Source of the DNA: Candidatus Nitrospinota bacterium M3_3B_026
GTDB lineage: Bacteria > Nitrospinota_A > UBA7883 > JBPRGF01
NCBI GenBank assembly: GCA_051418015.1
Contig: JBPRGF010000017.1
Span: forward strand, 311,706-375,705
Length of the DNA: 64,000 nt
Direction of reading: 5' to 3'
This document shows positions 39,219-50,040 of this stretch, one piece after another (the stretch's first letter is position 1; each line of letters starts with the position of its first letter). Under the pieces are notes generated by a model, which was not told the DNA's origin, searched no databases, and was given only the letters and a program-made list of their open reading frames with translations. The position numbers and the translations under genes were made by a program.

Positions 39219-41438
39219 TCACATGGAACTCGCCGGGTCCATGTCCACCGCCACCTTCACCCCCAGCCTCTCCGCGGGTTTGAGCGACTCGAGCTCCGAC
39301 AGGAAGGCGTTCAACGTCTTCGAGAGCGCGGGGTGCCCCCCGGCCTTCAAAAGAGCGCGCCAATGATACCTGTTGCGCGTCTTGAAAACCAAAGCCTCCA
39401 CCGGGCCCAGGATCATCACTCCCTCCACCCTGGCGGCCGCGGCGGCGAGCATGGGCCCGGCGCGCTTTAAAAACTCCTCTCCCCGACGTTTCGTCGTGGC
39501 GTCTATCCGGACGAAAGCCATCCTGCAAAACGGCGGATATCCCGCCGCCTCCCGCAGCGGTATCTCGTTTTTGTAGAACGTCTTGAAGTCGTGGCGCGCG
39601 GCCGCCGACATGCTGTGATGGTCCGCGCTCAGCGTCTGCGCTATCACGAGGCCCGGCCTCTCCCCCCGGCCCGCCCGGCCCGCTGCCTGAGTTATGAGTT
39701 GAAACGAGCGCTCCGCCGAGCGGAAATCCGGCAGGCGCAACGTCTCGTCGGCATTCACCGCCCCCACCAGCGTAATGTTCGGAAAGTCGTGGCCCTTGGT
39801 TATCATCTGCGTGCCCACCAGGATGTCCACCTTGCCGGACTCAACGCCGCTCAGTATCGCCGAGGAGGAGAGCCTGCCGGAGGTGGTGTCCTTGTCCATC
39901 CTGGCCACGCGGGCGCCGGGGAACATCTCAACGACGTGACGCTCCACTTTCTCCGACCCCGCGCCAGCCATGAAAAGTCTGTCCGAGCCGCAATCCGGGC
40001 AGACGTCCGGCGCGGGCTCGGCGTAGCCGCAGGTGTGGCACTTCAGCGATTTCGCCCCGGCGTGGGCCACGAGGCTGAGCGAGCAGTTCCTGCACTCGAA
40101 CGCCCGCCCGCAGCGCGAGCACTGGATGAACCTCGCCGAGCCGCGCCGGTTGATGAAAAGCAGCGTCTGCTCCCCCGCCTCGAGCCGGGCCTTTATTTGC
40201 CCCGCCAGGCGAGGCGTCAGCCGTCCCGGCTCCTCGGGTCTGACCATTTCCACCACCGGCATGGGTCTTTTGTCTATCCTTTCTGGAAGCTCTATCAGCT
40301 CGTACTTGCCCGTGACGGCATGGTGGTAGCTTTCGAGCGACGGTGTGGCCGACCCCAGGACGACCGGGACGCCGAGGGCCGCGCCGCGTTTTATGGCCAC
40401 GTCCCGCCCGTTGTATCGGGGGGCGCTGTCCTGCTTATAGGAGGTGTCGTGCTCCTCGTCGACCACTATCAGCCCAAGGTTGACGAGGGGAGCGAAGACC
40501 GCCGACCTCGCCCCCACCACGAGCCGGGCCGCGCCGGTCTTTATCTCATACCAGCGGCGCTCTCTCTCCCGCGGCGTCAGTCCGGAGTGCAGGACGGCCG
40601 GGGCCCGCCCCAGCCGCTTCGCGAAACGCGCCGCCAGCGCCTCGCACAGCGCGATCTCCGGCGCGAGAACGAGAACGGATTTGCCAAGCTCCAGCGCTCT
40701 TTGCGCCAGGGTTATATACACCTCCGTCTTGCCGGAGCCAGTGACGCCATGGATGAGGCATGTTCTGAAAGAGCCGTCCCGCACCCTGGGCAGGATCCTA
40801 TCCACCGCCTCACGCTGCCGCGTGGTGAGCCCTACGGGGCTGGCCTGCGGCGTGGGGCTCTCCCGTTGCTCCTGCTTTTCGCGGAGGCTGACGGATCGCG
40901 CTTCCTGCGTGAGTTCGAACAGCGCGCGGGCCGCCTTGCCGGAAAGATATTTTTTCAGGGCGCCGGGAGTCATCGAAAGGTCGGCGGCCAGAAGCTTAAG
41001 CCTGCGCGCCCCGCCCTTTTTCTCGAGCGCCGCGCGGACCATCCCCGCCTTTCTCGACGCGGAGCGCGCCTCCAGCCCCGGCCTGATCCTGACGACGGTG
41101 TCGATCTGGACGTCGCCCCGGGGGGTTATCAGCGGGAGAACCTCGCCGGGAGCGGCGAAGTAGTGTCCCGCCGTCCAGAGAGCAAGGTCCAGTATCTCCG
41201 GCGGGGCCACCGGCTCGTTGTCGATCACCTGCAGGATCGGCTTTGTCTCGACATCCGCCTTTGCGGCGCGGCGGACGATAAGGCCGACAAGCTTCCTGGA
41301 GCCGAAAGGAGCCACCACCCGCCTGCCCGGCTCCGCCTCGTTCCGCATCCGCTCCGGAGCGGAATAGGTGAAAAGGCCGCGGACGGGCGCCGGGATGATG
41401 ACCTCGACGAAGGGGTGTTCCTTGCGTTTATAATCCAT
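39219..41438 (-). CDS. priA: Primosomal helicase PriA
   Basis: GVTGSGKTEVY, DEEH, four CxxC zinc motifs, KGHDFPNITLV, QAAGRAGR; start codon uncertain. Confidence 0.95.
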   Translation of the reverse strand: MDYKRKEHPFVEVIIPAPVRGLFTYSAPERMRNEAEPGRRVVAPFGSRKLVGLIVRRAAKADVETKPILQVIDNEPVAPPEILDLALWTAGHYFAAPGEVLPLITPRGDVQIDTVVRIRPGLEARSASRKAGMVRAALEKKGGARRLKLLAADLSMTPGALKKYLSGKAARALFELTQEARSVSLREKQEQRESPTPQASPVGLTTRQREAVDRILPRVRDGSFRTCLIHGVTGSGKTEVYITLAQRALELGKSVLVLAPEIALCEALAARFAKRLGRAPAVLHSGLTPRERERRWYEIKTGAARLVVGARSAVFAPLVNLGLIVVDEEHDTSYKQDSAPRYNGRDVAIKRGAALGVPVVLGSATPSLESYHHAVTGKYELIELPERIDKRPMPVVEMVRPEEPGRLTPRLAGQIKARLEAGEQTLLFINRRGSARFIQCSRCGRAFECRNCSLSLVAHAGAKSLKCHTCGYAEPAPDVCPDCGSDRLFMAGAGSEKVERHVVEMFPGARVARMDKDTTSGRLSSSAILSGVESGKVDILVGTQMITKGHDFPNITLVGAVNADETLRLPDFRSAERSFQLITQAAGRAGRGERPGLVIAQTLSADHHSMSAAARHDFKTFYKNEIPLREAAGYPPFCRMAFVRIDATTKRRGEEFLKRAGPMLAAAAARVEGVMILGPVEALVFKTRNRYHWRALLKAGGHPALSKTLNAFLSELESLKPAERLGVKVAVDMDPASSM

Positions 41439-41473
41439 CGCGGGAAAAAACTGTTGAGCCCCGAAAGGCCGAA

Positions 41474-41504
41474 TTGACAACGATCTTTTAGAATATAATA
41501 TAAT
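41474..41504 (+). promoter_or_regulatory. Sigma70-type promoter for thrC
   Basis: TTGACA followed by overlapping TATAAT/TAATAT elements. Confidence 0.55.
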
Positions 41505-41555
41505 TTTCCTTGTTGGACGGGTTGGTTCTTCTTTTTCCTTTCAACGCGGATCACC

Positions 41556-42887
41556 ATGGCTTACACCGCTTGGTTCGAGTGCGTCAACGAAAATTGCCGC
41601 GCCGAGTACGACCTCCGGGAGGTCATATACAACTGCGCCCAGTGTGGCGCCCTCCTGCAGGTGGTCCACGACTACGAGCAGATAAAAAAGACATCCGCCG
41701 CCCAGTGGATGCGCCTTTTCGACGAGCGCAAACGGCGCAACCAGTGGCCATACGGCTCCGGTGTGTGGAAGATGAAAGAATGGATTCTCCCCACCATCGA
41801 CAACGAGAACGTCGTGTCCATGTACGAGGGGGAGAGCAACCTTTTCTGGGCGGAGCGGCTGGGCGAGGAGATAGGCGTGCCCGATCTCTGGATAAAGCTC
41901 TGCGGCAACAGCCACACCGGCTCCTTCAAGGACCTCGGGATGACAGTGCTGGTCTCCATGGTCAAGCAGATGATCTCCGAGGGGGTGGAAATCCGCGCCG
42001 TGGCCTGCGCCTCCACGGGAGACACCTCCGCCGCCTTGGCGGCCTACTGCGCCGCGGCGGGGATACAGTCGATCGTCTTCCTGCCCAGGGGGAAGGTATC
42101 CAACGAGCAGCTTATACAGCCCATCGCCAATGACTCCATGGTCATATCGCTGGACACGGACTTCGACGGGTGCATGAGGATAGTCCAGCAGGTGGCCGAG
42201 GACAAGACCATATACCTGGCCAACTCCAAGAACTCCCTCAGGATCGAGGGCCAGAAGTCCGTGAGCGTGGAGATGACCCAGCAACTGGACTGGGAGGCGC
42301 CCGACGTGGTGATAATCCCCGGCGGCAACCTCGGCAACGTCTCGGCGCTCGGCAAGGGGTTCTTGCTCATGGAGAGGGCGGGGATCATCAACAGGCGCCC
42401 CAGGATAGTATGCGCCCAGGCCGAGCGGGCGAACCCCCTCTACCGCTATTACAAGACCGGCTACACCCTTTACGAGCCGATGCGGGCGGAAAAGACCTAC
42501 GCCTCCGCCATCCAGATAGGCGATCCGGTCTCCCTGGGGAAAGCCGTGTCCGTACTCAAAAAATTCGACGGGATCGTGGAGCAGGCCACCGAGCAGGAGC
42601 TCGCCGACGCCTGCGCCAGAGGCGACAAGACGGGGATGTACACCTGCCCCCACACCGGGGTGGCGCTGGCCGCCCTGTTCAAGCTTGTCGACAGGGGTGT
42701 CATAACCGCGAGGGACAGGGTGGTGGTGATATCGACGGCCCATGGCCTGAAGTTCTCCAAATTCAAGCTGGACTACCACGAGAGCGCCCTGCCGGACGTG
42801 GAAAGCCGTTACGCCAACCTGCCGATCGAGATGAGCGCGGATATCGACGCTGTGCGGAGAGTCATGGACGAGCGGCTGGGGAAATAA
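41556..42887 (+). CDS. thrC: Threonine synthase
   Basis: [10 protein letters not shown] (PLP lysine), [29 protein letters not shown]. Confidence 0.93.
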   Translation: MAYTAWFECVNENCRAEYDLREVIYNCAQCGALLQVVHDYEQIKKTSAAQWMRLFDERKRRNQWPYGSGVWKMKEWILPTIDNENVVSMYEGESNLFWAERLGEEIGVPDLWIKLCGNSHTGSFKDLGMTVLVSMVKQMISEGVEIRAVACASTGDTSAALAAYCAAAGIQSIVFLPRGKVSNEQLIQPIANDSMVISLDTDFDGCMRIVQQVAEDKTIYLANSKNSLRIEGQKSVSVEMTQQLDWEAPDVVIIPGGNLGNVSALGKGFLLMERAGIINRRPRIVCAQAERANPLYRYYKTGYTLYEPMRAEKTYASAIQIGDPVSLGKAVSVLKKFDGIVEQATEQELADACARGDKTGMYTCPHTGVALAALFKLVDRGVITARDRVVVISTAHGLKFSKFKLDYHESALPDVESRYANLPIEMSADIDAVRRVMDERLGK

Positions 42888-42894
42888 AAGCCGT

Positions 42895-43671
42895 CTACTT
42901 CATCCTGGAGAGGGCCTGGCGGGCGAGCTTCTTGGCCTCCAAGGCGTTGTTTTTGAGGAATTCCCCCACCTCTTCGTGATCGCGGGAGGAGGCGATTATC
43001 TCGTCCAGCGACCTTATCACTTCCTTCAGCGCGTCACGGGACTCCATGGCGCTGAAGGGCTTCGAACTGGCGCTGATGGGGTCATCGAGGTCCACGCCGG
43101 AAAGCTCCAGTATCTTTTTCTTCTCATAGGCCAGGTCGAACTTCTCCGCCGTGGGCACCTTTACCACAACTATCCTCGGCCCTTCAACGACCGGCGCTTT
43201 CGCCTGGCTGGGCGGTTTTATCTTCACCTCCGGAGCCTCGACCTTTATCACATCCGGCTTCTTCTCCGCCAGCTTCAGCGCGGCCTCCGTCTGCCTGTTG
43301 ACCGCCGCCACGAGGTCGCGGTTGCTTTTCTGGATCGACTCGGCCAGCCCGGCCAGGGGGTCTTTTTCCTTTTCGGATTCCCCGGCCCCGGCCTTTTCCA
43401 CCTCCGGCGCGATGATCTTCTCTTCCCGCAGACCGGCCATCCTGGCGAACCCGGGATAGAAATCCATCACCATAAGCGCCAAGAAAACCGCCACCGGCGC
43501 GGCGAGGGCTATCGTCACGAAAAGCTTCGCGAAGGAGAACGGCGGAGCGGCCGGAGCCTCGTGGACGCGGTCCTCTTCCTCTCTTTCCATTCCCATGGCC
43601 ATGGCCAAGTCCTCCTCGTTCAGAGGCAGGCCGGGTCTGGATCTTCTCGGGGCGCCCTCGTCCTTTTCCAT
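42895..43671 (-). CDS. Single-TM hypothetical protein
   Basis: Acidic N-terminus, one TM helix (LFVTIALAAPVAVFLALMV), coiled-coil and Pro/Lys linker; fills the gap between convergent thrC and the divergent nuclease gene. Confidence 0.65.
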   Translation of the reverse strand: MEKDEGAPRRSRPGLPLNEEDLAMAMGMEREEEDRVHEAPAAPPFSFAKLFVTIALAAPVAVFLALMVMDFYPGFARMAGLREEKIIAPEVEKAGAGESEKEKDPLAGLAESIQKSNRDLVAAVNRQTEAALKLAEKKPDVIKVEAPEVKIKPPSQAKAPVVEGPRIVVVKVPTAEKFDLAYEKKKILELSGVDLDDPISASSKPFSAMESRDALKEVIRSLDEIIASSRDHEEVGEFLKNNALEAKKLARQALSRMK

Positions 43672-43720
43672 ACACAAAACCCTCTAGATTGCCGGATGAG
43701 TGTAAAGTATAACTTAACGG

Positions 43721-44239
43721 ATGATCGTTAAAAAGACTTTAAACACCCTTCTCGCGCTCTTGCTGGCCCTATCCGCCCCTGCCGCCTGCCTCCAGGCGGA
43801 GAGCCCCGCCAAGGGAGCGGAGGGCTTGGTCAAAAAAGTCTTCGACGGCGACACACTGCTTGTCCTGATCGGGGGCCGGGAGGAGAAGGTCCGCCTGCTG
43901 GGGATCGACACGCCAGAGACGGACGGTCCGTACACTTCCCTGGAGCCGCTTGGCGAAGAGGCGAAAGAACGGGCCGCGGAGCTTGCGCTCGGGAAAAAAG
44001 TAGGCCTCGTGTACGGCGGGACGACGTTGCGCGACAAGTATGGCCGCCTGCTGGCGTACGTCCATCTTCCGGATGGGCGTGTGTTGAACGAGGCGTTGCT
44101 GGAAGAGGGGCTGGCCGAGGCCTACAGGCGCTTCAGCCATCCGCGCAAAAGCTTTTACGTATACCTGGAATGGAAAGCATGGGTAGAACGGAAAGGGATA
44201 TGGGGGCCGGCGGACGAAGGGCGGCCGTTCACGCCTTGA
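43721..44239 (+). CDS. Thermonuclease (SNase) family secreted nuclease
   Basis: VFDGDT, VRLLGIDTPE, DKYGRLLAYV, NEALLEEGLA. Confidence 0.92.
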   Translation: MIVKKTLNTLLALLLALSAPAACLQAESPAKGAEGLVKKVFDGDTLLVLIGGREEKVRLLGIDTPETDGPYTSLEPLGEEAKERAAELALGKKVGLVYGGTTLRDKYGRLLAYVHLPDGRVLNEALLEEGLAEAYRRFSHPRKSFYVYLEWKAWVERKGIWGPADEGRPFTP

Positions 44240-45605
44240 ACGCGTCTTTTCTTATCCCGAACTCCTTGAGCTTCCTGTGGATTGTCCGCGTGTTGACCCC
44301 GGCGTGGCGGGCTGTCTCGTTTATGTTTCCCTTGTAGCTTCGCAGGACCTTCACCAGATACTCCTTCTCCGCCTCGTGGACAATGTCCTTGAGCCCCCGG
44401 TCAATTCCTGCGCCCCCCCCGCCGGCCTCGTCCCCGCCGGGTATGTCCACCTTCTCCACGAAAGGCCCCTTGCTCAGGATCACGGCCCGCTCTACGAGGT
44501 TTTTGAGCTCCCGCACGTTTCCGGGCCAACTGTATCCTTTCATGCCCTCCATGACGTTGACTGTGAACCCGCGCAGGTTCTTGCCCAGCGCCTTGTTGAA
44601 ATGCTCAAGATAATACTCCGCGAGAAGCTGGATGTCCCCCCGCCGCTCCCTCAAAGGCGGCAGATGGATGGGCACTACGTTTATGCGGTAATAAAGATCC
44701 TCCCTGAACTCCCCGCTCCTGACGGCCTCCCTGAGGTCTTTATTGGTGGCGCATATGTAGCGGACGTCAACTTTTATGACCTCGTTGCCGCCGACCCGTG
44801 TTATCTCGCCCTCCTGCAGAGCCCGCAGGATTTTTACCTGCATGGCGGGGGATATGGTGCCGATCTCGTCCAGAAAGAGCGTGCCCTTGTCGGCCAGCTC
44901 GAACTTGCCGATCCTGCGCTGCTCGGCCCCGGTGAATGCGCCCTTCTCGTGGCCGAAAAGCTCCGTCTCCAGCAGCGTCTCGGTCAGCGCGCCGCAGTTG
45001 ATGGCGACAAAACTCTTGTCCGCCCTTTTGGAGGCCTGGTGGATGGCCCTCGCCACAAGCTCCTTGCCCGTCCCCGTCTCCCCGTAGATCAGCGCCGTGG
45101 AGTCCGTCTGTGCGACGGATTTTATCAGCTCGAAGACCTCCTTCATCGTGGGGTCGTCGCTGATTATGTTGGAAAACCTGCCCGCGGCGGAGAATTGCTT
45201 CTTGAGGCGCGTAACGTCCCGCACGATCTCTATCACGTGCCGCACCCTGCCGAACTTGTCCGAAAGCGGAAACGCGGATATCTCCTTTATCCGCTTGTCG
45301 CCGTTGGCCTGGGCTATGAACGTGTTGAAGGCAGGCAGGGCGTTTCTCAGCACCTGGTCCACGACGCAGAAGTAGCACTGGTCCGGGCTTTTATAAAACT
45401 CCTCGTAGCACTTGCGCCCGCGGTTGTCGCCCACGACCTCGTCGAGGGATTTGCCGATCATGTCCAGCCCGGCCTTGTTTATGTAGACCAGGTTGAAGTT
45501 CGAGTCTATTATCTTTATGGAATCGCGGATGCCATCCAGGACGCTTCTCAAGAAGTCGCTGTCCAGCAGACCCACGTGCTCTTCCCGCATGTCGCTTTCG
45601 GTCAT
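44229..45605 (-). CDS. PAS-domain sigma54-dependent activator
   Basis: [28 protein letters not shown] with KCYEEF...CYFC. Confidence 0.93.
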   Translation of the reverse strand: MTESDMREEHVGLLDSDFLRSVLDGIRDSIKIIDSNFNLVYINKAGLDMIGKSLDEVVGDNRGRKCYEEFYKSPDQCYFCVVDQVLRNALPAFNTFIAQANGDKRIKEISAFPLSDKFGRVRHVIEIVRDVTRLKKQFSAAGRFSNIISDDPTMKEVFELIKSVAQTDSTALIYGETGTGKELVARAIHQASKRADKSFVAINCGALTETLLETELFGHEKGAFTGAEQRRIGKFELADKGTLFLDEIGTISPAMQVKILRALQEGEITRVGGNEVIKVDVRYICATNKDLREAVRSGEFREDLYYRINVVPIHLPPLRERRGDIQLLAEYYLEHFNKALGKNLRGFTVNVMEGMKGYSWPGNVRELKNLVERAVILSKGPFVEKVDIPGGDEAGGGGAGIDRGLKDIVHEAEKEYLVKVLRSYKGNINETARHAGVNTRTIHRKLKEFGIRKDAFKA

Positions 45606-46690
45606 ATCGTCCCCCCTGGCGCCTTTGCGGCTATACGCCTGGCGGCCGCCCTGGCGCCGCTTATGTCCACGGGGGCGGGCTTTCGCGCTTTCGCCGCGCT
45701 TAAAAGCTTCTGAATCCAGCGGTCGAGGCGGGCATTGAAAAACTCGTCACGCGAGACCTCTTCGACCGCGACATATCTTTTTGTTTCGCTTGCCAGCACA
45801 TTATATTCTACGAAATCATCGCGGGGGGTGTAAAGAAAAGGGCGAGGCCGGGCGACAAGCCCGGAGCACAGCCCGTAGCCCATCTTGCCTATCACCACGT
45901 CCGACGCGGCCAGCAGGTCTTCGTGCGCCACATCGCCGTTTCTGAAGCGCCGGAGCCGTCCTCTTTGGGAATCCTCGCCGCCAAGGGTGACCATGTCGAC
46001 CGTCGTCACGCGCCTGTCCAGCCCCTCGTAGAAACGTTCCGACCCCACACCGCCCAGGGAGATGAGAGCCAGCGGGCGGTCTCGCGGCAGGCCGAGGGCG
46101 CCCCGCGCCTGTTCCCTGGTCTTCGGCGAGCGGCGGGCTATCAGGGGAATGTCCGCAACGTTGCCGTAATTTTCGAGCCCGCCGGAGAGCGGCGTCTTGA
46201 GTACGACCGAAGCGCGGCGGTATATGGCCCCCAGCCGCTCCACTATCGGGGTGAAGGCCGGCTCGAAGCGGGCGTAATCAGCCAGTATCCAGTCCCATAA
46301 AAAATTCGCGACAACCACCGAAGGGATCCGGGCGCGCGCCGCCGCATTCACGCCGAGTGGCGCTATGTCGCAGACGATAACCGACGGGGCCAGCCTCTCG
46401 ATCACCTCCAGCTCCCGCTCCACGGCCGCGTCCATCCCGTCCATCATCCGCGTAAAACGCGACAACGTGGCGGGGATGTCCGTTGTCAAAAGGTCCTTCT
46501 GGGCGGGCCCGGGGTCCACCTCGGCCATCTCCACGGCCACGCCCCGGGACAAGGGGAAAAGCCAGCGTGGCGCGGAGGTCCTGACGGCGATATCGAACCC
46601 CATCCCGTCCCGCAGGGCGCGCGCCACCTGCGCGGCGCGCACGGCGTGGCCGAACCCGTGGCCGGAGACGTAAAACAGCGCTTTTCGCAT
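45602..46690 (-). CDS. GT-B-fold glycosyltransferase-like protein (resembles the N-domain of plant L-arabinokinase)
   Basis: FYVSGHGFGHAVR, NFLWDWI, DVVIGKMGYG, RDDFVE. Confidence 0.7.
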   Translation of the reverse strand: MRKALFYVSGHGFGHAVRAAQVARALRDGMGFDIAVRTSAPRWLFPLSRGVAVEMAEVDPGPAQKDLLTTDIPATLSRFTRMMDGMDAAVERELEVIERLAPSVIVCDIAPLGVNAAARARIPSVVVANFLWDWILADYARFEPAFTPIVERLGAIYRRASVVLKTPLSGGLENYGNVADIPLIARRSPKTREQARGALGLPRDRPLALISLGGVGSERFYEGLDRRVTTVDMVTLGGEDSQRGRLRRFRNGDVAHEDLLAASDVVIGKMGYGLCSGLVARPRPFLYTPRDDFVEYNVLASETKRYVAVEEVSRDEFFNARLDRWIQKLLSAAKARKPAPVDISGARAAARRIAAKAPGGTI

Positions 46691-46787
46691 AAGGCCAGAT
46701 TATACACGCCGCCGCCGGGGCATATGGTTTGTCTTCGCGTCCGCGTTGTGCTATCAATAATCCTCAGGGTGATACTGGAGCCACGAA

Positions 46788-47378
46788 ATGAGCAGAAAAG
46801 CGAAAACAGCGCGTAAAACAAAAGAGACGGACATAAAAGTCGAGCTTGACCTGGACGGGTCCGGCGAGGGGAAGGCCGACACCGGCATCCCCTTTTTCGA
46901 CCACATGCTCGACCATCTGCGCCGCCATTCCCTGATAGACATCGACATCGAAGCCGAAGGCGACACGCAGGTGGACGGCCACCACACCGTGGAGGACGTG
47001 GGGCTCGCCTTGGGTGAGGCGCTCGCGCGCGCGTGGGGCGACAAGAAAGGCATGACGCGGTACGGTTTCGCCTCCATCCCGATGAACGAGGCGCTGGTGG
47101 AGGCGAGCGTGGACATCTCCGGGCGGCCTTTCCTGGTTTTCGAGGCGGACCTTCCCAAGGGCAAGGTGGGCGACTTCGACGTGGAGCTGGCGGAGGAGTT
47201 TTTGAGGGCGCTTTCCAACAGCGCCGGCATCACGCTCCACGTACTGGCGCGCAGGGGAACCAACCTGCACCACGTCATCGAGGCCATGTTCAAGGCCGTC
47301 GCCCGCGCCCTGGGCCAGGCCGCAAGGCTCGACCCGAGGCTGGAGAACGTCATCCCCTCCACGAAAGGATCACTGTAG
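46788..47378 (+). CDS. hisB: Imidazoleglycerol-phosphate dehydratase
   Basis: RKTKETDI, FFDHML, HHTVEDVG, NLHHVIEA, PSTKGSL. Confidence 0.97.
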   Translation: MSRKAKTARKTKETDIKVELDLDGSGEGKADTGIPFFDHMLDHLRRHSLIDIDIEAEGDTQVDGHHTVEDVGLALGEALARAWGDKKGMTRYGFASIPMNEALVEASVDISGRPFLVFEADLPKGKVGDFDVELAEEFLRALSNSAGITLHVLARRGTNLHHVIEAMFKAVARALGQAARLDPRLENVIPSTKGSL

Positions 47379-47402
47379 CGACGCGCAGGGAGTGTCCGCA
47401 AG

Positions 47403-48023
47403 ATGTCCATTGTCATCGTAGACTACGATGTCGGTAACCTGCGAAGCGCCCAGAAAGCGTTCGAGAAGGTTGGCGCCGAGGTTGTCATAAGCCGCGACGC
47501 GGAGGAGGTGGCCTCCGCCCCGGCCCTCGTCCTGCCGGGAGTGGGGGCTTTCGCGGAGTGCATGGGGAACCTGGAGAAATACGGCCTGCTCGGCGCGGTC
47601 AATGGTTTTCTGGGGACGGGGCGGCCGTTCCTCGGCATCTGCGTGGGCTACCAGCTGCTGTTCGGCCACAGCGAGGAGTTCGGCCACTCCGAGGGCCTGG
47701 GGGCCATACGGGGCGGATGCGTCCGCTTTTCCTTCAATCCCGGCGCGGGGTTTAAAATACCTCACATGGGCTGGAACCAAGTCCGTTTCCAGAACAAGGG
47801 CAGGCTCTTCGAAAACGTCCCGGACGGGTCCGATTTCTACTTCGTGCATTCATACTACCCCGTCCCGGAGGAGGACGTGGTGACCAGCGTCACGGAATAC
47901 GGCGGACCTTTCGCCTCGTCCATCGAGAAGGGCAACATATTCGCCACGCAGTTCCACCCGGAGAAAAGCCAGAGGGCGGGGCTGCGCGTCCTGGAGAACT
48001 TTACGAAAATAGCGGCGGGATAA
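47403..48023 (+). CDS. hisH: Imidazole glycerol phosphate synthase glutaminase subunit
   Basis: GNLRS, LPGVGAF, LGICVG, PHMGWN, YFVHSY, QFHPEKS. Confidence 0.97.
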   Translation: MSIVIVDYDVGNLRSAQKAFEKVGAEVVISRDAEEVASAPALVLPGVGAFAECMGNLEKYGLLGAVNGFLGTGRPFLGICVGYQLLFGHSEEFGHSEGLGAIRGGCVRFSFNPGAGFKIPHMGWNQVRFQNKGRLFENVPDGSDFYFVHSYYPVPEEDVVTSVTEYGGPFASSIEKGNIFATQFHPEKSQRAGLRVLENFTKIAAG

Positions 48024-48027
48024 AAGC

Positions 48028-49017
48028 GTGGGGAGGAAAAAAAACCGGCTGGCCGATGAAATGGCCTACCTTGTGACCCTCGGGTTCACGAGGTTAGTGG
48101 GCGCCGTCCCCAGAATGGCCGCTCTGGCGGCGGGCTCCGCGGCGGGGTGGCTTTTCTGGATATTCGTCAGGATCGAGGGCAGACGGCTCAAGGTCATGAA
48201 GGAGAATCTGCGCAACTTGTATCCAGAAAAACAGGACAAAGAACTCCAGGGTCTTGCCCGAAAAGTGTTCCGCCACTTCGGCAGATTTCTGGCCGACTGC
48301 GGCAGGCTCCCCCTCCTCGACAGGGAGATGGTGGAGAGGCTTGTCCGCTTCGAGGGGTTCGAAAACTTCCGCGAGGCCTACGAAAAGGGCCGGGGCGTCA
48401 TCTTCGCCACGGCGCACTTCGGCCATTTTGAGGTCGCCAACGCGGCCTTCGCCGCCCTGGGCTATCCCGTCTGGTCGGTCATACGCGAGGTGGACAACAG
48501 GAAGATCGACGTCCTTTTCGACGACACCAGGCGGCCCACGGGGCTCGGCGTGATAAAAAAGGAGCGGTCGGCGGGAGAGATCCTCAAACACCTGCGCGAG
48601 GGGGCCATCGTAACGATAAACATCGACCAGAACGCCGCCTTCAACAACATATTCGTCCCCTTTTTCGGCAAACCCGCGGCGACTTTCGTCACCCCGGCGG
48701 TGACGAGCCTCAGGACCGGCGCGCCCATACTGCCGGTCTTCTCCTTCCGCGACGATGAGAACGACAGTTACACCGTCGAGGTGCATCCCCCGGTCAGGAT
48801 AGAGCCGACGGGCGACAGGCGCGCCGACATTCGCCTCATCACCATGCGGATCAACGAAATACTTGAAGACGCCATCCGGAGGGCGCCGGAGCAATGGTTA
48901 TGGGTCCACAGGCGTTGGAAAACACGGCCCGGCGAAAAGGATATCGAAGCCGAGCGGCGCGAGATGGAGATAATCCGCTCCGCGGCGCGCAGGGCCGGAA
49001 ACGTGGGCGCGGCCTGA
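48028..49017 (+). CDS. lpxL: Lipid A late acyltransferase (LpxL/HtrB family)
   Basis: TAHFGHFE, IDQ, VPFFG, PEQWLWVHRRWKTRP. Confidence 0.88.
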   Translation: MGRKKNRLADEMAYLVTLGFTRLVGAVPRMAALAAGSAAGWLFWIFVRIEGRRLKVMKENLRNLYPEKQDKELQGLARKVFRHFGRFLADCGRLPLLDREMVERLVRFEGFENFREAYEKGRGVIFATAHFGHFEVANAAFAALGYPVWSVIREVDNRKIDVLFDDTRRPTGLGVIKKERSAGEILKHLREGAIVTINIDQNAAFNNIFVPFFGKPAATFVTPAVTSLRTGAPILPVFSFRDDENDSYTVEVHPPVRIEPTGDRRADIRLITMRINEILEDAIRRAPEQWLWVHRRWKTRPGEKDIEAERREMEIIRSAARRAGNVGAA

Positions 49018-49023
49018 CTCACC

Positions 49024-50040
49024 GTGAGCCCGCCGTTCCCCCCGCCAGCGCCGTCGAAAATCCTCGTCCACGCCCCGAACTGGCTGGGGGACTGCGTTAT
49101 GGCAGCGCCCGCCCTGACGGGACTAAGCGGGCGATTCCCGGACGCGAAAATCGACCTGCTTATCAGGGAAGAGTTCGCCGGGCTGGGGAAGCTTTTCCCA
49201 TTTGTGTCGCGAGTCTTTCCGCTTCCCCGCGCCCGGGGGGAGCAAAGACGGCTCATGCGCTCGTTGAGAGACGAAGGCTACGACACCGGCGTCGCGCTGC
49301 CGAACTCCTTCCGGTCCGCATGGAGGATGTGGCGGGCCAATATCTCTTACCGTATCGGATACGCCGGGGACTTCCGGTCGCCTCTGCTCACGCATCCTGC
49401 CCCCAAGCCGGCCAGGCATTCCGTGAGCCAGCGGGACTATTATTTTCTCCTGCTCCGGGAAGTGTGGCCGGGACTGAAGGCGGGGGAGGTTAAATTAATA
49501 ATACCTCAGCAAGCCCGCGAAAAGGCGGAGCGGCTCCTCGGGCAGGGAGGGAAACCGCTTATCGGGATGGGGTTCGGAGCCTCCTACGGCTCGGCGAAGA
49601 TGTGGCCCTCGGAAAGGTTTTCAGACCTTGCGGACCGGCTCTCGGAGACCGCGGAAGTCGTCCTGTTCGGCGCGGAGGCGGACCGGGAGGCGGAAAGAGA
49701 AATATTGCGGCTCGCGCGCTCCAGACCAAAATCGCTCGTCGGCGCGACGGATATCCCCACCCTGGCCGCGGCGTTCTCCATGCTCGACCTTTACATAACG
49801 AATGACACGGGGCCCATGAGTCTTGCCGACGCCGTTGGCGCGAAGGTCCTGGCCATCTTCGGCCCCACGTCGCCGGAGGAGACGGGGCCGCGGGGAGAGG
49901 GCGCGGCGATCATCCGCCATGAAGTCGACTGCGCCCCCTGCTGGAGGCGCAAGTGCCCCACGGACCACCGCTGCATGACATTCGTCACCGTGGAAGATGT
50001 CCACGCGGCGGCCATGAAGGAGCTGGGCGCGGGCGGCTAG
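49024..50040 (+). CDS. waaF: LPS heptosyltransferase II (GT9)
   Basis: PNWLGDCVM, LPNSFRSA, GASYGSAKMWP, NDTGPM, FGPT. Confidence 0.9.
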   Translation: MSPPFPPPAPSKILVHAPNWLGDCVMAAPALTGLSGRFPDAKIDLLIREEFAGLGKLFPFVSRVFPLPRARGEQRRLMRSLRDEGYDTGVALPNSFRSAWRMWRANISYRIGYAGDFRSPLLTHPAPKPARHSVSQRDYYFLLLREVWPGLKAGEVKLIIPQQAREKAERLLGQGGKPLIGMGFGASYGSAKMWPSERFSDLADRLSETAEVVLFGAEADREAEREILRLARSRPKSLVGATDIPTLAAAFSMLDLYITNDTGPMSLADAVGAKVLAIFGPTSPEETGPRGEGAAIIRHEVDCAPCWRRKCPTDHRCMTFVTVEDVHAAAMKELGAGG

